Shown: piece after piece, positions 1-8,955 of the stretch
Layout: every line of letters starts with the position of its first letter
How positions within the stretch are numbered: the stretch's first letter is position 1
Assembly (NCBI GenBank): GCA_965228475.1
Contig: OZ245817.1
Coordinates: 3,680,001-3,744,000 of the forward strand
Length of the DNA: 64,000 nt
Reading direction: 5' to 3'
Origin: Myxococcota bacterium
GTDB taxonomy: Bacteria > Myxococcota_A > UBA9160 > JAFDDA01
Notes under the pieces: model-generated
The model's input: only the letters and a program-made list of their open reading frames with translations
Told to the model about the DNA's origin: nothing
The model's database searches: none
Program-made: the position numbers and the translations under genes

Positions 1-567
1 CGTCACGGTGAGCACGAGGGCACGGGGGCCGCGCACGAGGAGGAGGAGCCCGAGCACGAACAGGACGTGGTCGATGCCGAAGACGAGGTGCCCGACGCCG
101 AGACGCAGATAGTCGCCGAGCACGCCGAGGCGCGATGGCACCTCCGGGACGGCGACGATCGCGGACCCTGCCGTCAGGAGCTGCTGGAGGACTTCGCCGT
201 CGGCGAGCTCCACGCGCAGCACCGCACCGGCACCGCGGGGCTCGAGGCCCGAGACGCCGACCCCTCCGCCGCGGAGGCCGCCCGGACCGCACGCGACGGC
301 GAAACGCGTGACGAGGGCCGTGGCCTCGGCGCGGCGCTCGGGCGCTCCGAGCGCACGGCAGGCCTCGGGCAGCACGGGCTCGTGCAGCGTGCCCGCCGGG
401 CGCTGCAGCGGCGTCTTCCAGAGGACGTCGAAGTGCCCGGTGGCAGCATCCGTTTCGCGCAGCTCGAGGAGCGAGGGTGCGCGGGGGTGCGCCGCGGCGC
501 CCGCTGCGGCGAGCCCGGCCACGAGCATCGCCACGCCGAACCGCTTGGGGCCGAGCCTCGGACTCAA
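1..567 (-). CDS. HupE/UreJ-family membrane protein (3' end runs off the window)
   Basis: Not in the ORF track. Manual translation from TTG at 567 (TTGA overlap with the sulfatase stop) gives a signal-like N-terminus, AAAHPRAPSLLELRE..FDVLWKTP, then DYLRLGVGHLVFGIDHVLFVLGLLLLVRG, typical of HupE/UreJ_2 proteins. Confidence 0.85.
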   Translation of the reverse strand, partial: MSPRLGPKRFGVAMLVAGLAAAGAAAHPRAPSLLELRETDAATGHFDVLWKTPLQRPAGTLHEPVLPEACRALGAPERRAEATALVTRFAVACGPGGLRGGGVGVSGLEPRGAGAVLRVELADGEVLQQLLTAGSAIVAVPEVPSRLGVLGDYLRLGVGHLVFGIDHVLFVLGLLLLVRGPRALVLTVT

Positions 568-2141
568 GGCGCTCCCCGGGCAAAGCCCCGCGGGTCTTCG
601 AGGAAGGCGCGGCGCCAGGCGACGAGCCGTGCTTCCAGGTCGCGGACGATCTCCGGGTGGCGATCGGCGACGTTGTACGCCTCCTCGGCGTCGCGTTCGA
701 GGTCGTAGAGGAGCGGCCAGGTTCCGAGGGTCGGGACCGAGCGCTCCTCGCCCTCCGGCTTGTAGTCGCGCCCGGTCAAGAGGCGGCCGCCGGGCGTGTC
801 GGGCTTGTCGAGGGGTGCCGGCCAGACGTAGTGGCTGTTGCTGTGGATGTACTTCCAGCGTCCGATGCGGACGGCTTCGACGTCGTACTCGTGGAAGAAG
901 AAGATCGGCCGGTCGTCCGGGCCCGCCGCCGGATCGCGCAGCACGGACCCGAGATCCACGCCGTCGACGACCCGGTCGTTCGGGAGTGAAAGGCCCGCCA
1001 GGCCGAGGAAGGTCGGGAAGAGGTCGAGGTTCGTCCCCGGGACCTCACTCACGCTGCCCGCCGGCACCGCGCCCGGCTGCCAGGCGAGGAACGGAACGCG
1101 GAATCCCCCCTCGTAGCTCTGGCCCTTGCGCCCGCGCAGCCCGCCCGGACTGCCCTCGAACCACGGGCCGTTGTCGCTGGTCACGACGACGAGCGTTTCT
1201 TCGGCGATCCCGGCGCGGCGGAGCGCGGCGACCACCTCGCCGACGCTCCAATCGAACTCCGAGACCGCGTCGCCGTAGGGCCCGCCGGCGGAGCGCCCGG
1301 CGAAGTCCTCCGAGGGCAGGAACGGCTGATGGGGATCCTTGTGGGAGAGGTAGAGGAAGAAAGGGGTCTCGCCCGCAGCCTCGATGAAGGCGACGGCCTC
1401 CTCGGTGAAGAGCTGCGTGTAGTGCGCCTGATCGAGTCCGATGTCGCGCACCACCTCCTGGCCGTCCCGCCAGAACGCCACGGGCCAGTCGTCGTTCGAC
1501 ATGTTGAAGCCGACGAAGCGGTCAAAGCCGTGGTTCGAGGGGTGGTACTCGGGTAGACCCGTGAAGTCACCGAGGTGCCACTTCCCGATCGCCATGGTGC
1601 GGTAGCCCGCGACCTGCAGCGCCTCCGCGAGGGTGAGCTCCGAGGGCGGGAGGCCCTGCACGGCATTCCCGCCGCCGGCCAGATCCACGGCCCCGAGCTT
1701 CGCGAAGACGGCACCCGCCCGGTACGTGATGCGGCGCAGGAGGGAATCGTCCGCGGCCTGGAGCGCCGTCGTGATGCCACTGCGCAGGGGGTAGCGGCCG
1801 GTGAGCAGGCCCGCGCGGGAAGGCGAGCAGATGGAAGCGCTCGAGTAGAACTGGGTGAAGCGCATGCCCTCGGCCGCGAGGCGATCGAGGTGGGGCGTCG
1901 CGATCGCGGTGCTGCCCTGGACGCCGAGGTCCCCGTACCCGAGGTCGTCGGCGAGGATGATCACGAGGTTCGGGCGCGGGGCCTCCCCTTCGCGGCGCTC
2001 GAGGATCGAGCCGGGCGCGGGCCCCTCGCCGGCCCCGAAGCCGCTGGCCTCGAAACCGTGGTCGATCGGGGCGAGCGCGGCGCGTCCGAGCCAGGCCAAC
2101 CCGATCGCCGCGAGCACCGTCACGATGAGGAGATTTCGCAC
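564..2141 (-). CDS. Arylsulfatase-family sulfatase (Cys-type, formylglycine-dependent)
   Basis: PNLVIILADDLGYGD, CSPSRAGLLTGRYP, GKWHLG and TSDNGPW motifs; N-terminal hydrophobic segment. Start placed at GTG 2141 after a GAGG RBS. Confidence 0.93.
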   Translation of the reverse strand: MRNLLIVTVLAAIGLAWLGRAALAPIDHGFEASGFGAGEGPAPGSILERREGEAPRPNLVIILADDLGYGDLGVQGSTAIATPHLDRLAAEGMRFTQFYSSASICSPSRAGLLTGRYPLRSGITTALQAADDSLLRRITYRAGAVFAKLGAVDLAGGGNAVQGLPPSELTLAEALQVAGYRTMAIGKWHLGDFTGLPEYHPSNHGFDRFVGFNMSNDDWPVAFWRDGQEVVRDIGLDQAHYTQLFTEEAVAFIEAAGETPFFLYLSHKDPHQPFLPSEDFAGRSAGGPYGDAVSEFDWSVGEVVAALRRAGIAEETLVVVTSDNGPWFEGSPGGLRGRKGQSYEGGFRVPFLAWQPGAVPAGSVSEVPGTNLDLFPTFLGLAGLSLPNDRVVDGVDLGSVLRDPAAGPDDRPIFFFHEYDVEAVRIGRWKYIHSNSHYVWPAPLDKPDTPGGRLLTGRDYKPEGEERSVPTLGTWPLLYDLERDAEEAYNVADRHPEIVRDLEARLVAWRRAFLEDPRGFARGAP

Positions 2142-2271
2142 GCGTCCTCGCTTCCGCAGTCCCGATCCGCTCGCTGGAGACCGTCTCCCAGCGCGGGGCC
2201 CGGCCGAGAGAAGCACAGCCCATCCGCCAGTTCACCCCGACGCCACGCGGACGTGGTATCGGTTCGCGCAG

Positions 2272-4437
2272 ATGCTGCGCGCACACCGACGCCCCCGGCC
2301 GCTGGCCCTCCTGCTCGCCGCCTTCACTCTTGCAGGCTGCGCGGGGGACGAAGAGCCCACCCCGCTGAGCCTCGTCGGCGGGGCGGTCTGCGCGGGTTGC
2401 CACGCGAAGGAAGCCGAAGCGTGGCGAGGCTCCCACCACGATCTCGCCATGCAGCTCCCCGGCCCGGGATCCGTTCGCGGCGACTTCGGGGACGTCGCCG
2501 TCGAACACGACGGGACGACCTCCCGCTTCCGCCGCGCGGGTGACCGGTACGTCGTCACCACCGCCGGGCCGGACGGCACCGTCGGCGACTTCGAGGTCGC
2601 GTACACGTTCGGCGTCGAGCCGCTCCAGCAGATCCTCCTGCGGCTGCCGAGCGGCCGGCTCCAGGCCTTCACGGTGGCCTGGGATGCCCGGCCTGCTGGC
2701 GAAGGCGGCGAGCGCTGGTTCTCGCTCTACCCGAACGAGACCCTCGTGCCGGGCGATCCGCTGCACTGGACCGGGATCCAACACAACTGGAACCACATGT
2801 GCGCGGACTGCCACTCGACGGGTCTGCGCAAGAACTGGAACGCCGAAGAGGAGCGCTACGAAACCACGTGGACCGACCTCGACGTCGCCTGCGAGGCCTG
2901 CCACGGCGCGGGGGGCCGGCACGCGGCCGCTCCCGCGACGCCCATGCCCGTGCCGCTCTCCCGCGCGGGGCGGCGCTGGGAACTCGGCCCAGGGGCGGCC
3001 ATCGCGCACCTCGCAGCCGACAACGGGTCTGCCGCCGAGATCGAGACCTGCGGACGCTGCCACGCGCGGCGCGCGACCTTGCGCGAGAAACCCGCGAGCG
3101 GCGCTCCCCTGCTCGAGACCCACCGCGTGGCGCGCCTCGACGCCGGCCTCTACTTCGACGACGGACAGATCCGCGACGAGGTCTACGTCTACGGATCGTT
3201 CCGGCAGAGCGCCATGGCCGCGGCGGGCGTCCTCTGCAGCGACTGTCACGAACCCCACGGCCTCGAGCTGCGCGCCGAGGGCAACGCGCTCTGCGCCCAG
3301 TGCCACGCACCCGAGGTCTTCGACGAACGCTCCCATCACCACCACGCGGAGGGCACCGCCGGCAGCGCCTGCATCGACTGCCACATGCCCGAGCGAACCT
3401 ACATGCGCGTCGACGTCCGCCACGACCACTCCTTCCGGGTGCCGCGGCCCGATCTCTCCGTGCGCCTGGGGACGCCGAACGCCTGCGACACCTGCCACGA
3501 GGAGGGCGCTGCCTGGGCCGCCGCCGCCGTGGCCGGCTGGTACCCGGAGGGCCGCAGCGGAACGCCGCACTTCGGGGAGGCCTTCGCGGCAGGCCGGCGC
3601 GGCGAGCCCGGTGCGGCGGCATCCCTCGTCGCGATCGCGGGAGACCCGGCGCAACCGGCCCTCGTCCGCGCGACCGCCCTCGACCTTCTGCTCGGGGCGG
3701 GAGCCCCGGGTGCCGTGCAGGCGCTGCGGAGTTCGGCCCGGGACGGGGATCCGATCCTTCGCTCGGCGGCGGCGGAGGGGGCGGGACGCCTGCCGGGCCC
3801 GCGGGCGATCGAGGTCGCCCGCCCTCTGCTCTCGGATCCCGTCGCCGCCGTGCGGATGTCCGCGGCCGAGACTCTGGCCGGCGTGTCCGACTCGGCGCTC
3901 GCGCCCGCGGAGCAAGAGGCGCGCCGGCGCGGGGTCGAGGAACTCGAATCCGCGCTCGCGCGCGATGCGGACCGGCCCGAGGGCCGTTTCCATCGCGGGC
4001 TGCTCGACGCGCGCCGCGGCCGCCTCGACGAAGCCGCCGCCTGGTACGACGCCGCTCTCGAACTCGAACCCGCCTTCACCCCCGCCGTCGTCAACCGGGC
4101 CGACCTCGCCCGCGCCACGGGAGACGAGGCCCACGGTGAAGCCGTCCTCCGCCGCGCACTCGAGCGGGCGCCCGACGACCCCGACCTGCACCACGCGCTG
4201 GGGCTGTCGCTCGTTCGCACCGGCGGCAAGCGGCTCGCCCTCGAGCACCTCGGGCGCGCGGCCCGGCTCGCGCCCGAACGCGTCCACTTCGCCTACGTCC
4301 ACGCGGTCGCCCTGCGGGACGCCGGGCAGACCGAGCAGGCACGGCGGGTCGCAGCCATCGCTACCGAGCGCAACCCCGGCCATCGCGGCCTCGAGGCCCT
4401 GCTGCGCGAGCTCGAGCGAGACCGCGGCGCGCGCTAG
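2272..4437 (+). CDS. Octaheme c-type cytochrome lipoprotein with HEAT-like and TPR repeats
   Basis: Eight CxxCH motifs (CAGCH, CADCH, CEACH, CGRCH, CSDCH, CAQCH, CIDCH, CDTCH), lipobox LAGC, DPVAAVRMSAAETLA HEAT-like repeats, C-terminal TPR-like helices. Start placed at ATG 2272. Confidence 0.88.
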   Translation: MLRAHRRPRPLALLLAAFTLAGCAGDEEPTPLSLVGGAVCAGCHAKEAEAWRGSHHDLAMQLPGPGSVRGDFGDVAVEHDGTTSRFRRAGDRYVVTTAGPDGTVGDFEVAYTFGVEPLQQILLRLPSGRLQAFTVAWDARPAGEGGERWFSLYPNETLVPGDPLHWTGIQHNWNHMCADCHSTGLRKNWNAEEERYETTWTDLDVACEACHGAGGRHAAAPATPMPVPLSRAGRRWELGPGAAIAHLAADNGSAAEIETCGRCHARRATLREKPASGAPLLETHRVARLDAGLYFDDGQIRDEVYVYGSFRQSAMAAAGVLCSDCHEPHGLELRAEGNALCAQCHAPEVFDERSHHHHAEGTAGSACIDCHMPERTYMRVDVRHDHSFRVPRPDLSVRLGTPNACDTCHEEGAAWAAAAVAGWYPEGRSGTPHFGEAFAAGRRGEPGAAASLVAIAGDPAQPALVRATALDLLLGAGAPGAVQALRSSARDGDPILRSAAAEGAGRLPGPRAIEVARPLLSDPVAAVRMSAAETLAGVSDSALAPAEQEARRRGVEELESALARDADRPEGRFHRGLLDARRGRLDEAAAWYDAALELEPAFTPAVVNRADLARATGDEAHGEAVLRRALERAPDDPDLHHALGLSLVRTGGKRLALEHLGRAARLAPERVHFAYVHAVALRDAGQTEQARRVAAIATERNPGHRGLEALLRELERDRGAR

Positions 4438-6512
4438 CCCCGCTCGAGGAGGTAGTCGCCGCCTTGGTCGAGCCGGGCACGCCAGCCCGGGTAGACGACG
4501 ATCGTGGTGAAGGTCTCCTCGAGAATCACCGGTCCTTCGACGACCTCTCCCGGGGCGAGACTCGCTCCGTCCCGGATCGGCGTCTCGGCAAATCCGTTCC
4601 CGAGATGGGCGCGGCGCGTCCGCCCTTCGCTCACGGTCCGGGCGCCGTCGCCCCGCCCGGCCGCAGCGAAGTCCGGCGGCGGCGTATCGACGAAGGCCGT
4701 GAGCCGTACCCCCGTGATCTCCGGCACCTCCGCCGGCCGATCGTGACCGTACTCGGAACGGTGTCGGGCGTGGAACGCATCGGCGGCCCGCTCTCCGAGC
4801 CCGGGCGTCACGAAGCCGAGGTCGCACCCGCCGACGCTTTCCCCGACGCGCACCGCGAGGGACCAGTTCTGCCCCGGGTAGCGAAGGTTGAGCGCGTACT
4901 CGCGTCGGAGCTCGCCGGGCGGAAACCCCGCTTCTTCGAAGCGCCGCGCGGCGCGCACATCGAGGTCCGCGAAGAGCTCCGTCAGCCGGTCGGCCGGCGC
5001 GACCGCCGAGGAGACGAGCAACGATCGTTCTTCGTCGATGGTCGGCTTCGCTGCGAGCGCGCCGAGGGCGGAGAATGCGGGCGAGGCCTTGGGCACCAGG
5101 ACCCGCTCGATCCCGAGCTCCTCGGCCTGGATTCCCGCGAAGATCGGGCCGTTCCCGCCGTAGGCGAGCATGGCGAGGCCGCGCGGGTCCGTTCCCTTCT
5201 CGGCGGTCCAACGCCGCACGGCCTGGGTCATGTTGGCGTTCACGATGCGGAAGCAGTCGAAGGCCGCCTCCTCGACGCTGCACCCGAGCGGGCCGGCGAC
5301 GTGCTCCTCGAAGGCTTCCTCGACGCCCTTGCGCTGCAGGGCGAAACGGCCCCCGGCGAAGGCCGACGTCTCGGAGAGCAGGCCGAGCAGCAGGATCGCG
5401 TCGGTCACCGTCGGCTGCGTTCCTCCGCGGCCGTAGCAGACCGGCCCGGGGTCGGCGCCCGCGCTCCCGGGCCCGACGCGCAGCGTTCCCTCGTGGAGCT
5501 GGCAGAGCGACCCCCCGCCGGCGCCGAGGGTCTCGACGGCGACCATCGGCAGCCCGAGCACGTGCCGGTGATGCCAGTTCCAGCCGGGCTCGGCGGGCGC
5601 CGCGCCTCCGCGAACGACCGAGACGTCGTAGCTCGTGCCGCCCATGTCGACGCACAGGAGGTCCGGGGCGGACTTCGCCGAACCGAAGTGCGCCGCGCCG
5701 ATCACGCCTCCGGCCGGGCCCGAGGCCAGTACGCGCACCGGGCTCCCGCGGAGGTACGCGCGCGACATCACGCCACCGCTCGACTGCATGACGAGCAGGT
5801 CTCGCTCGTAGCCGGCCTCCCGGAGCCGCTCGATCAGACGATCGAGGTAGGCCGTGACGCGAGGGCCGACGTAGGCGTTCACCGCGGTCGTGCTGGTGCG
5901 CTCGTACTCCGGCGCCTTGGGCAGGACCTCGTGGGAGAGCGAGATCGGCACGCCGGGCAGCGCCTCCTCGACCCAGCGGGCGAGGAGCTGCTCGTGCTCG
6001 GGGTTCACGAAAGCGAAGAGCAGGCTGATCGCGACCGACTCGACGCCCTGACGCGCGAGCCGCTCGATCGCCGCACGCGCCGACCACTCGTCGAGGGGCA
6101 CGTGGACGCGGCCGTCGTGGAGAATGCGCTCCCGCACCGTGAGGCGGCGGCGCCGCGGAACGATCGGATCGGGCGGCGGCAGCCGGACGTCCCAGATGTC
6201 CTCCTTGTAGCCGCGGCGGAGTTCGAGCTCGTCCCGAAACCCCTCCGTCGTCAGGAGTCCGGTCTTCGCACCGTCCCGTTCGATCAAGGTGTTGTCGGCG
6301 ACGGTGGTGCCGTGGACGATCGCGTCGAGGCCGCCGAGGAACTCGGCCAGCCCGAGGCCCTGGCGCTGCGCGAGCCGTTCGAGGCCCGTCAGCACCGCCT
6401 CCGAGCGGTCGGCCGGCGTCGAGAGCACCTTCTCGAGCACGAAGCCCTCGGACGTCTCGAGCGCGAAGTCCGTGAACGTTCCCCCGATGTCGACCCCGAC
6501 GCGCCGGCTCAC
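4434..6512 (-). CDS. Hydantoinase A / oxoprolinase-family subunit
   Basis: VGVDIGGTFTD, HGTTVADN, EYERTSTTAVNAY, SGPAGG, DMGGTSYDV and GSAGADPGPVCYGRGG motifs. GTG start overlaps the upstream stop (GTGA). Confidence 0.93.
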   Translation of the reverse strand: MSRRVGVDIGGTFTDFALETSEGFVLEKVLSTPADRSEAVLTGLERLAQRQGLGLAEFLGGLDAIVHGTTVADNTLIERDGAKTGLLTTEGFRDELELRRGYKEDIWDVRLPPPDPIVPRRRRLTVRERILHDGRVHVPLDEWSARAAIERLARQGVESVAISLLFAFVNPEHEQLLARWVEEALPGVPISLSHEVLPKAPEYERTSTTAVNAYVGPRVTAYLDRLIERLREAGYERDLLVMQSSGGVMSRAYLRGSPVRVLASGPAGGVIGAAHFGSAKSAPDLLCVDMGGTSYDVSVVRGGAAPAEPGWNWHHRHVLGLPMVAVETLGAGGGSLCQLHEGTLRVGPGSAGADPGPVCYGRGGTQPTVTDAILLLGLLSETSAFAGGRFALQRKGVEEAFEEHVAGPLGCSVEEAAFDCFRIVNANMTQAVRRWTAEKGTDPRGLAMLAYGGNGPIFAGIQAEELGIERVLVPKASPAFSALGALAAKPTIDEERSLLVSSAVAPADRLTELFADLDVRAARRFEEAGFPPGELRREYALNLRYPGQNWSLAVRVGESVGGCDLGFVTPGLGERAADAFHARHRSEYGHDRPAEVPEITGVRLTAFVDTPPPDFAAAGRGDGARTVSEGRTRRAHLGNGFAETPIRDGASLAPGEVVEGPVILEETFTTIVVYPGWRARLDQGGDYLLERG

Positions 6513-8329
6513 GCGGCCGGCCCCCGGGCGCTCGCGAGTGCCTGGCGGCGGCGGGACGTCGCGGCAGCGTCGACGGCGAGGTCGCCGCCCTCGACGGAAC
6601 CGGTGAGCACGACGCCGTAGCGTTCGGCGGCGGCCGCGACGCTCACGTACTCGTCGAGCACGTCCTCGCGAACCGCATCCGGGTCGCGCTCGAGGGGATC
6701 CCCGAACCCCGCACCGCCCCCGTACTGGTAGGCGAGCACCGCGCCCGCAGGCAGCTGGGCCGCAGCCGAGTTCTCGATCGCGTACTCGTCCTCGGTGCCG
6801 ACGAGGAAGCGGTTCTCGTAGGGTGCGGCGTCTTCGCCCCCGCACAGACCGCGCAGCGGGTGGCGCATCGAGACCATCCAGGTCACGGCGGTGACCGGCT
6901 CGAGGACCTGCTTCACGTTGCGGCTGCCGGGCTGCCCGCGCCATTGGCCGGCGCCGCCGGTGTCCGGCGTCATCTCGCGGGAGAGGTTCAGGACCGGAAA
7001 GCGGCTCTCCGCCTCTTCCGCCGTCGCCAGGATCAGGTTGCCGAGGCCGCTGCACATCGCGCCCCAGCCATCGATGCCCTGCGTGGCCGAGGCGTCCGAC
7101 GCGCGCACGTCGACGCCCTGGTCCATCCACATCTGCCCGGCGGCATCGAACCCCACCACCGCGTTCGGCATGCCGAGCTTGTAGACCTGGGGCGAAGCGC
7201 GCTCGGGCAGCACCGGCGAGAGGGCGACGCAGATCGCCTCCCCGACCTCGACCGCCGGATGGAAGGCCCCGAGCGCCGCCGGCTTGCCGGGCGGCGGCTG
7301 CAGGATCGACCCTTCGGGCACGATCATCTCGACCGCGTCGAAGAGGCCCTCGTTCTTCGGCAGGGTCGGGTCGACCATGGAAGCGAGCTGGGCCATCGCG
7401 TAGCCGCGCGTGTTCGCGAAGGTGTTCCAGACGCAGACGAGCTCGGGCCGGTCGTCGCTGCCGGTCATGTCCACGGTGAGCTGGTCGCCCGCGACGCGGC
7501 AAGCGACCTCGACCCGCACGTCGCGGTGGCCGACGGTGTCGTGATCGATGAAGACCCGCGCCCGGTACTCGCCGTCGGGCCAGTCGGCGACCTGTGCGCG
7601 GAAGCGCCGCTCGGTCTCGGCGATGTTCCAGTTGATCGCGGCGCGCACGACGTCGGCGCCGTAGCGCCCGACGAGTTCCCCGAGCTTGCCCGCCCCGAGC
7701 TCCACCGCCGAGATCATCGCCGCGATGTCCCCGGCGAAGGAGGGCATGCGGTTGTTGCGGACGAGCATCTCGAGCACGTCCTCGCGCCGCTCGCCGCCCC
7801 GCACGAGCTGGAGGTACGGGATGATCATCCCCTCGGCGTGGAGCTCCATGGCATCGACCGAGAAACCGCCCGGGTCCTTGCCGCCGGTATCGCCCTGGTG
7901 GGCCTGGAGCGCCTGGATCGCGACGATCTCGCCCTCCCCGTCGAAGACCGGCGCGTAGACGTTGTAGTCCGGCAGGTGGCCGCCGCCGGCCTCCGGGTCG
8001 TTGCCGACGAAGACGTCGCCGGGGCCCCAGGCGTCGCGCTCGCGCCGTTCGAGCCCGTAGCGAACCGAGAGCGGCGAGATGAAGAGGAGCTGCGGGATGC
8101 CGACGGAGATGCCGGCCAGGCGGCCGTTGCCGTCGAGGATGCTCGCGTTGCGTTCGTTGCTCTGGTTGATGATGGCCGACGAGGCACAGCGGCCGAGGTG
8201 CGTCGCCACCTCGAAGCAGATGGTCTCGAAGGCGCCGCGGATGATCCCGGCCGTCACCGCGTCGAGCTCCGCGGAGGTCGGGAGCGGCGGGCGCGGCGCC
8301 ACCAGCCGGCGGTTGGTCTCGTAGGACAC
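6509..8329 (-). CDS. Hydantoinase B / oxoprolinase-family subunit
   Basis: GDVFVGNDPEAGGGHLPD, HQGDTGGKDPGG, DTGGAGQWRG and GGGAGFGDPLERDP motifs. Confidence 0.93.
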   Translation of the reverse strand: MSYETNRRLVAPRPPLPTSAELDAVTAGIIRGAFETICFEVATHLGRCASSAIINQSNERNASILDGNGRLAGISVGIPQLLFISPLSVRYGLERRERDAWGPGDVFVGNDPEAGGGHLPDYNVYAPVFDGEGEIVAIQALQAHQGDTGGKDPGGFSVDAMELHAEGMIIPYLQLVRGGERREDVLEMLVRNNRMPSFAGDIAAMISAVELGAGKLGELVGRYGADVVRAAINWNIAETERRFRAQVADWPDGEYRARVFIDHDTVGHRDVRVEVACRVAGDQLTVDMTGSDDRPELVCVWNTFANTRGYAMAQLASMVDPTLPKNEGLFDAVEMIVPEGSILQPPPGKPAALGAFHPAVEVGEAICVALSPVLPERASPQVYKLGMPNAVVGFDAAGQMWMDQGVDVRASDASATQGIDGWGAMCSGLGNLILATAEEAESRFPVLNLSREMTPDTGGAGQWRGQPGSRNVKQVLEPVTAVTWMVSMRHPLRGLCGGEDAAPYENRFLVGTEDEYAIENSAAAQLPAGAVLAYQYGGGAGFGDPLERDPDAVREDVLDEYVSVAAAAERYGVVLTGSVEGGDLAVDAAATSRRRQALASARGPAA

Positions 8330-8376
8330 GCGGCCCTCCCGCTTCCGGCCCCGGCTTCGAGCGTGGAGCCCGAAGC

Positions 8377-8405
8377 AGTATCTGACGGAGCGTCAGAAAC
8401 GTCAA
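8377..8405 (-). promoter_or_regulatory. Sigma-70-type promoter of the hydantoinase B/A operon, with a palindromic operator in its spacer
   Basis: Minus strand reads TTGACG (8405-8400), 17 bp, GATACT (8382-8377). Perfect palindrome TCTGACG-GAG-CGTCAGA at 8381-8397. Confidence 0.7.
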
Positions 8406-8436
8406 CCGAAGGCGGGGGATGGCGTATGCTGCCGCG

Positions 8437-8913
8437 ATGCCCGTCGAGCACGTCTCGCACCTCGGCCTGTGCGTCGCGGATCTCGATCGCGCGGCGCGCT
8501 TCTACCGCGAAGGGCTCGGCTTCCGCGAGCGCTCGCGGATCGAGGTCGCCGGGGAAACGTCGAGCCGGCTGCTCGGGCTGGAAGGGGCGGCGCTCCGTGG
8601 CCTCTATCTCGAACGGGACGGGCTTCGCCTCGAGCTCCTCCAGTTCGACGCCCCGGGGCCGCGCGCGCTCGAGACCCCCCGCCCCATGAACGGCCTCGGG
8701 CTCACGCACCTGTCCCTGCGCGTCTCGGACCTCGACACCCTGACCCCGGCCCTCGTCGCCGCGGGGGGCCGGGTGCTCGAGGAGAGCCGCATCGAAGCCG
8801 GCCCGGTCAAGGCCCTCTTCCTGCTCGATCCCGACGGCACGCGGCTCGAGCTGCTCGAGGCGCCCGGCGACCCGTCCCGGCTCCCGGGCGAACCGGTGCC
8901 GGCGTCCGAATAA
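8437..8913 (+). CDS. VOC/glyoxalase-family protein
   Basis: SHLGLCVADLDRAARFY, THLSLRVSDLD and DPDGTRLELLE motifs. TATGCT lies 6 nt before ATG 8437. Confidence 0.88.
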   Translation: MPVEHVSHLGLCVADLDRAARFYREGLGFRERSRIEVAGETSSRLLGLEGAALRGLYLERDGLRLELLQFDAPGPRALETPRPMNGLGLTHLSLRVSDLDTLTPALVAAGGRVLEESRIEAGPVKALFLLDPDGTRLELLEAPGDPSRLPGEPVPASE

Positions 8914-8955
8914 CCCGACCGTCGCGCCGTCCAACGGCGACCAAGGAGGATCATC

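Noticed and set aside
1567..6087. 1506-aa minus-strand ORF and similar giant ORFs (28176-32276 +, 43237-46350 -, 46079-50425 -, 10414-13044 +, 58769-61759 +)
   Set aside because: Shadow frames opposite or offset from well-supported genes. They are Arg/Gly/Pro-rich, carry no motifs, and are expected in high-GC DNA with few stop codons.
4434..8405. Apparent 1323-aa fused hydantoinase
   Set aside because: Only the part from GTG 6512 is hydantoinase A. The upstream part is an off-frame read of the hydantoinase B gene.
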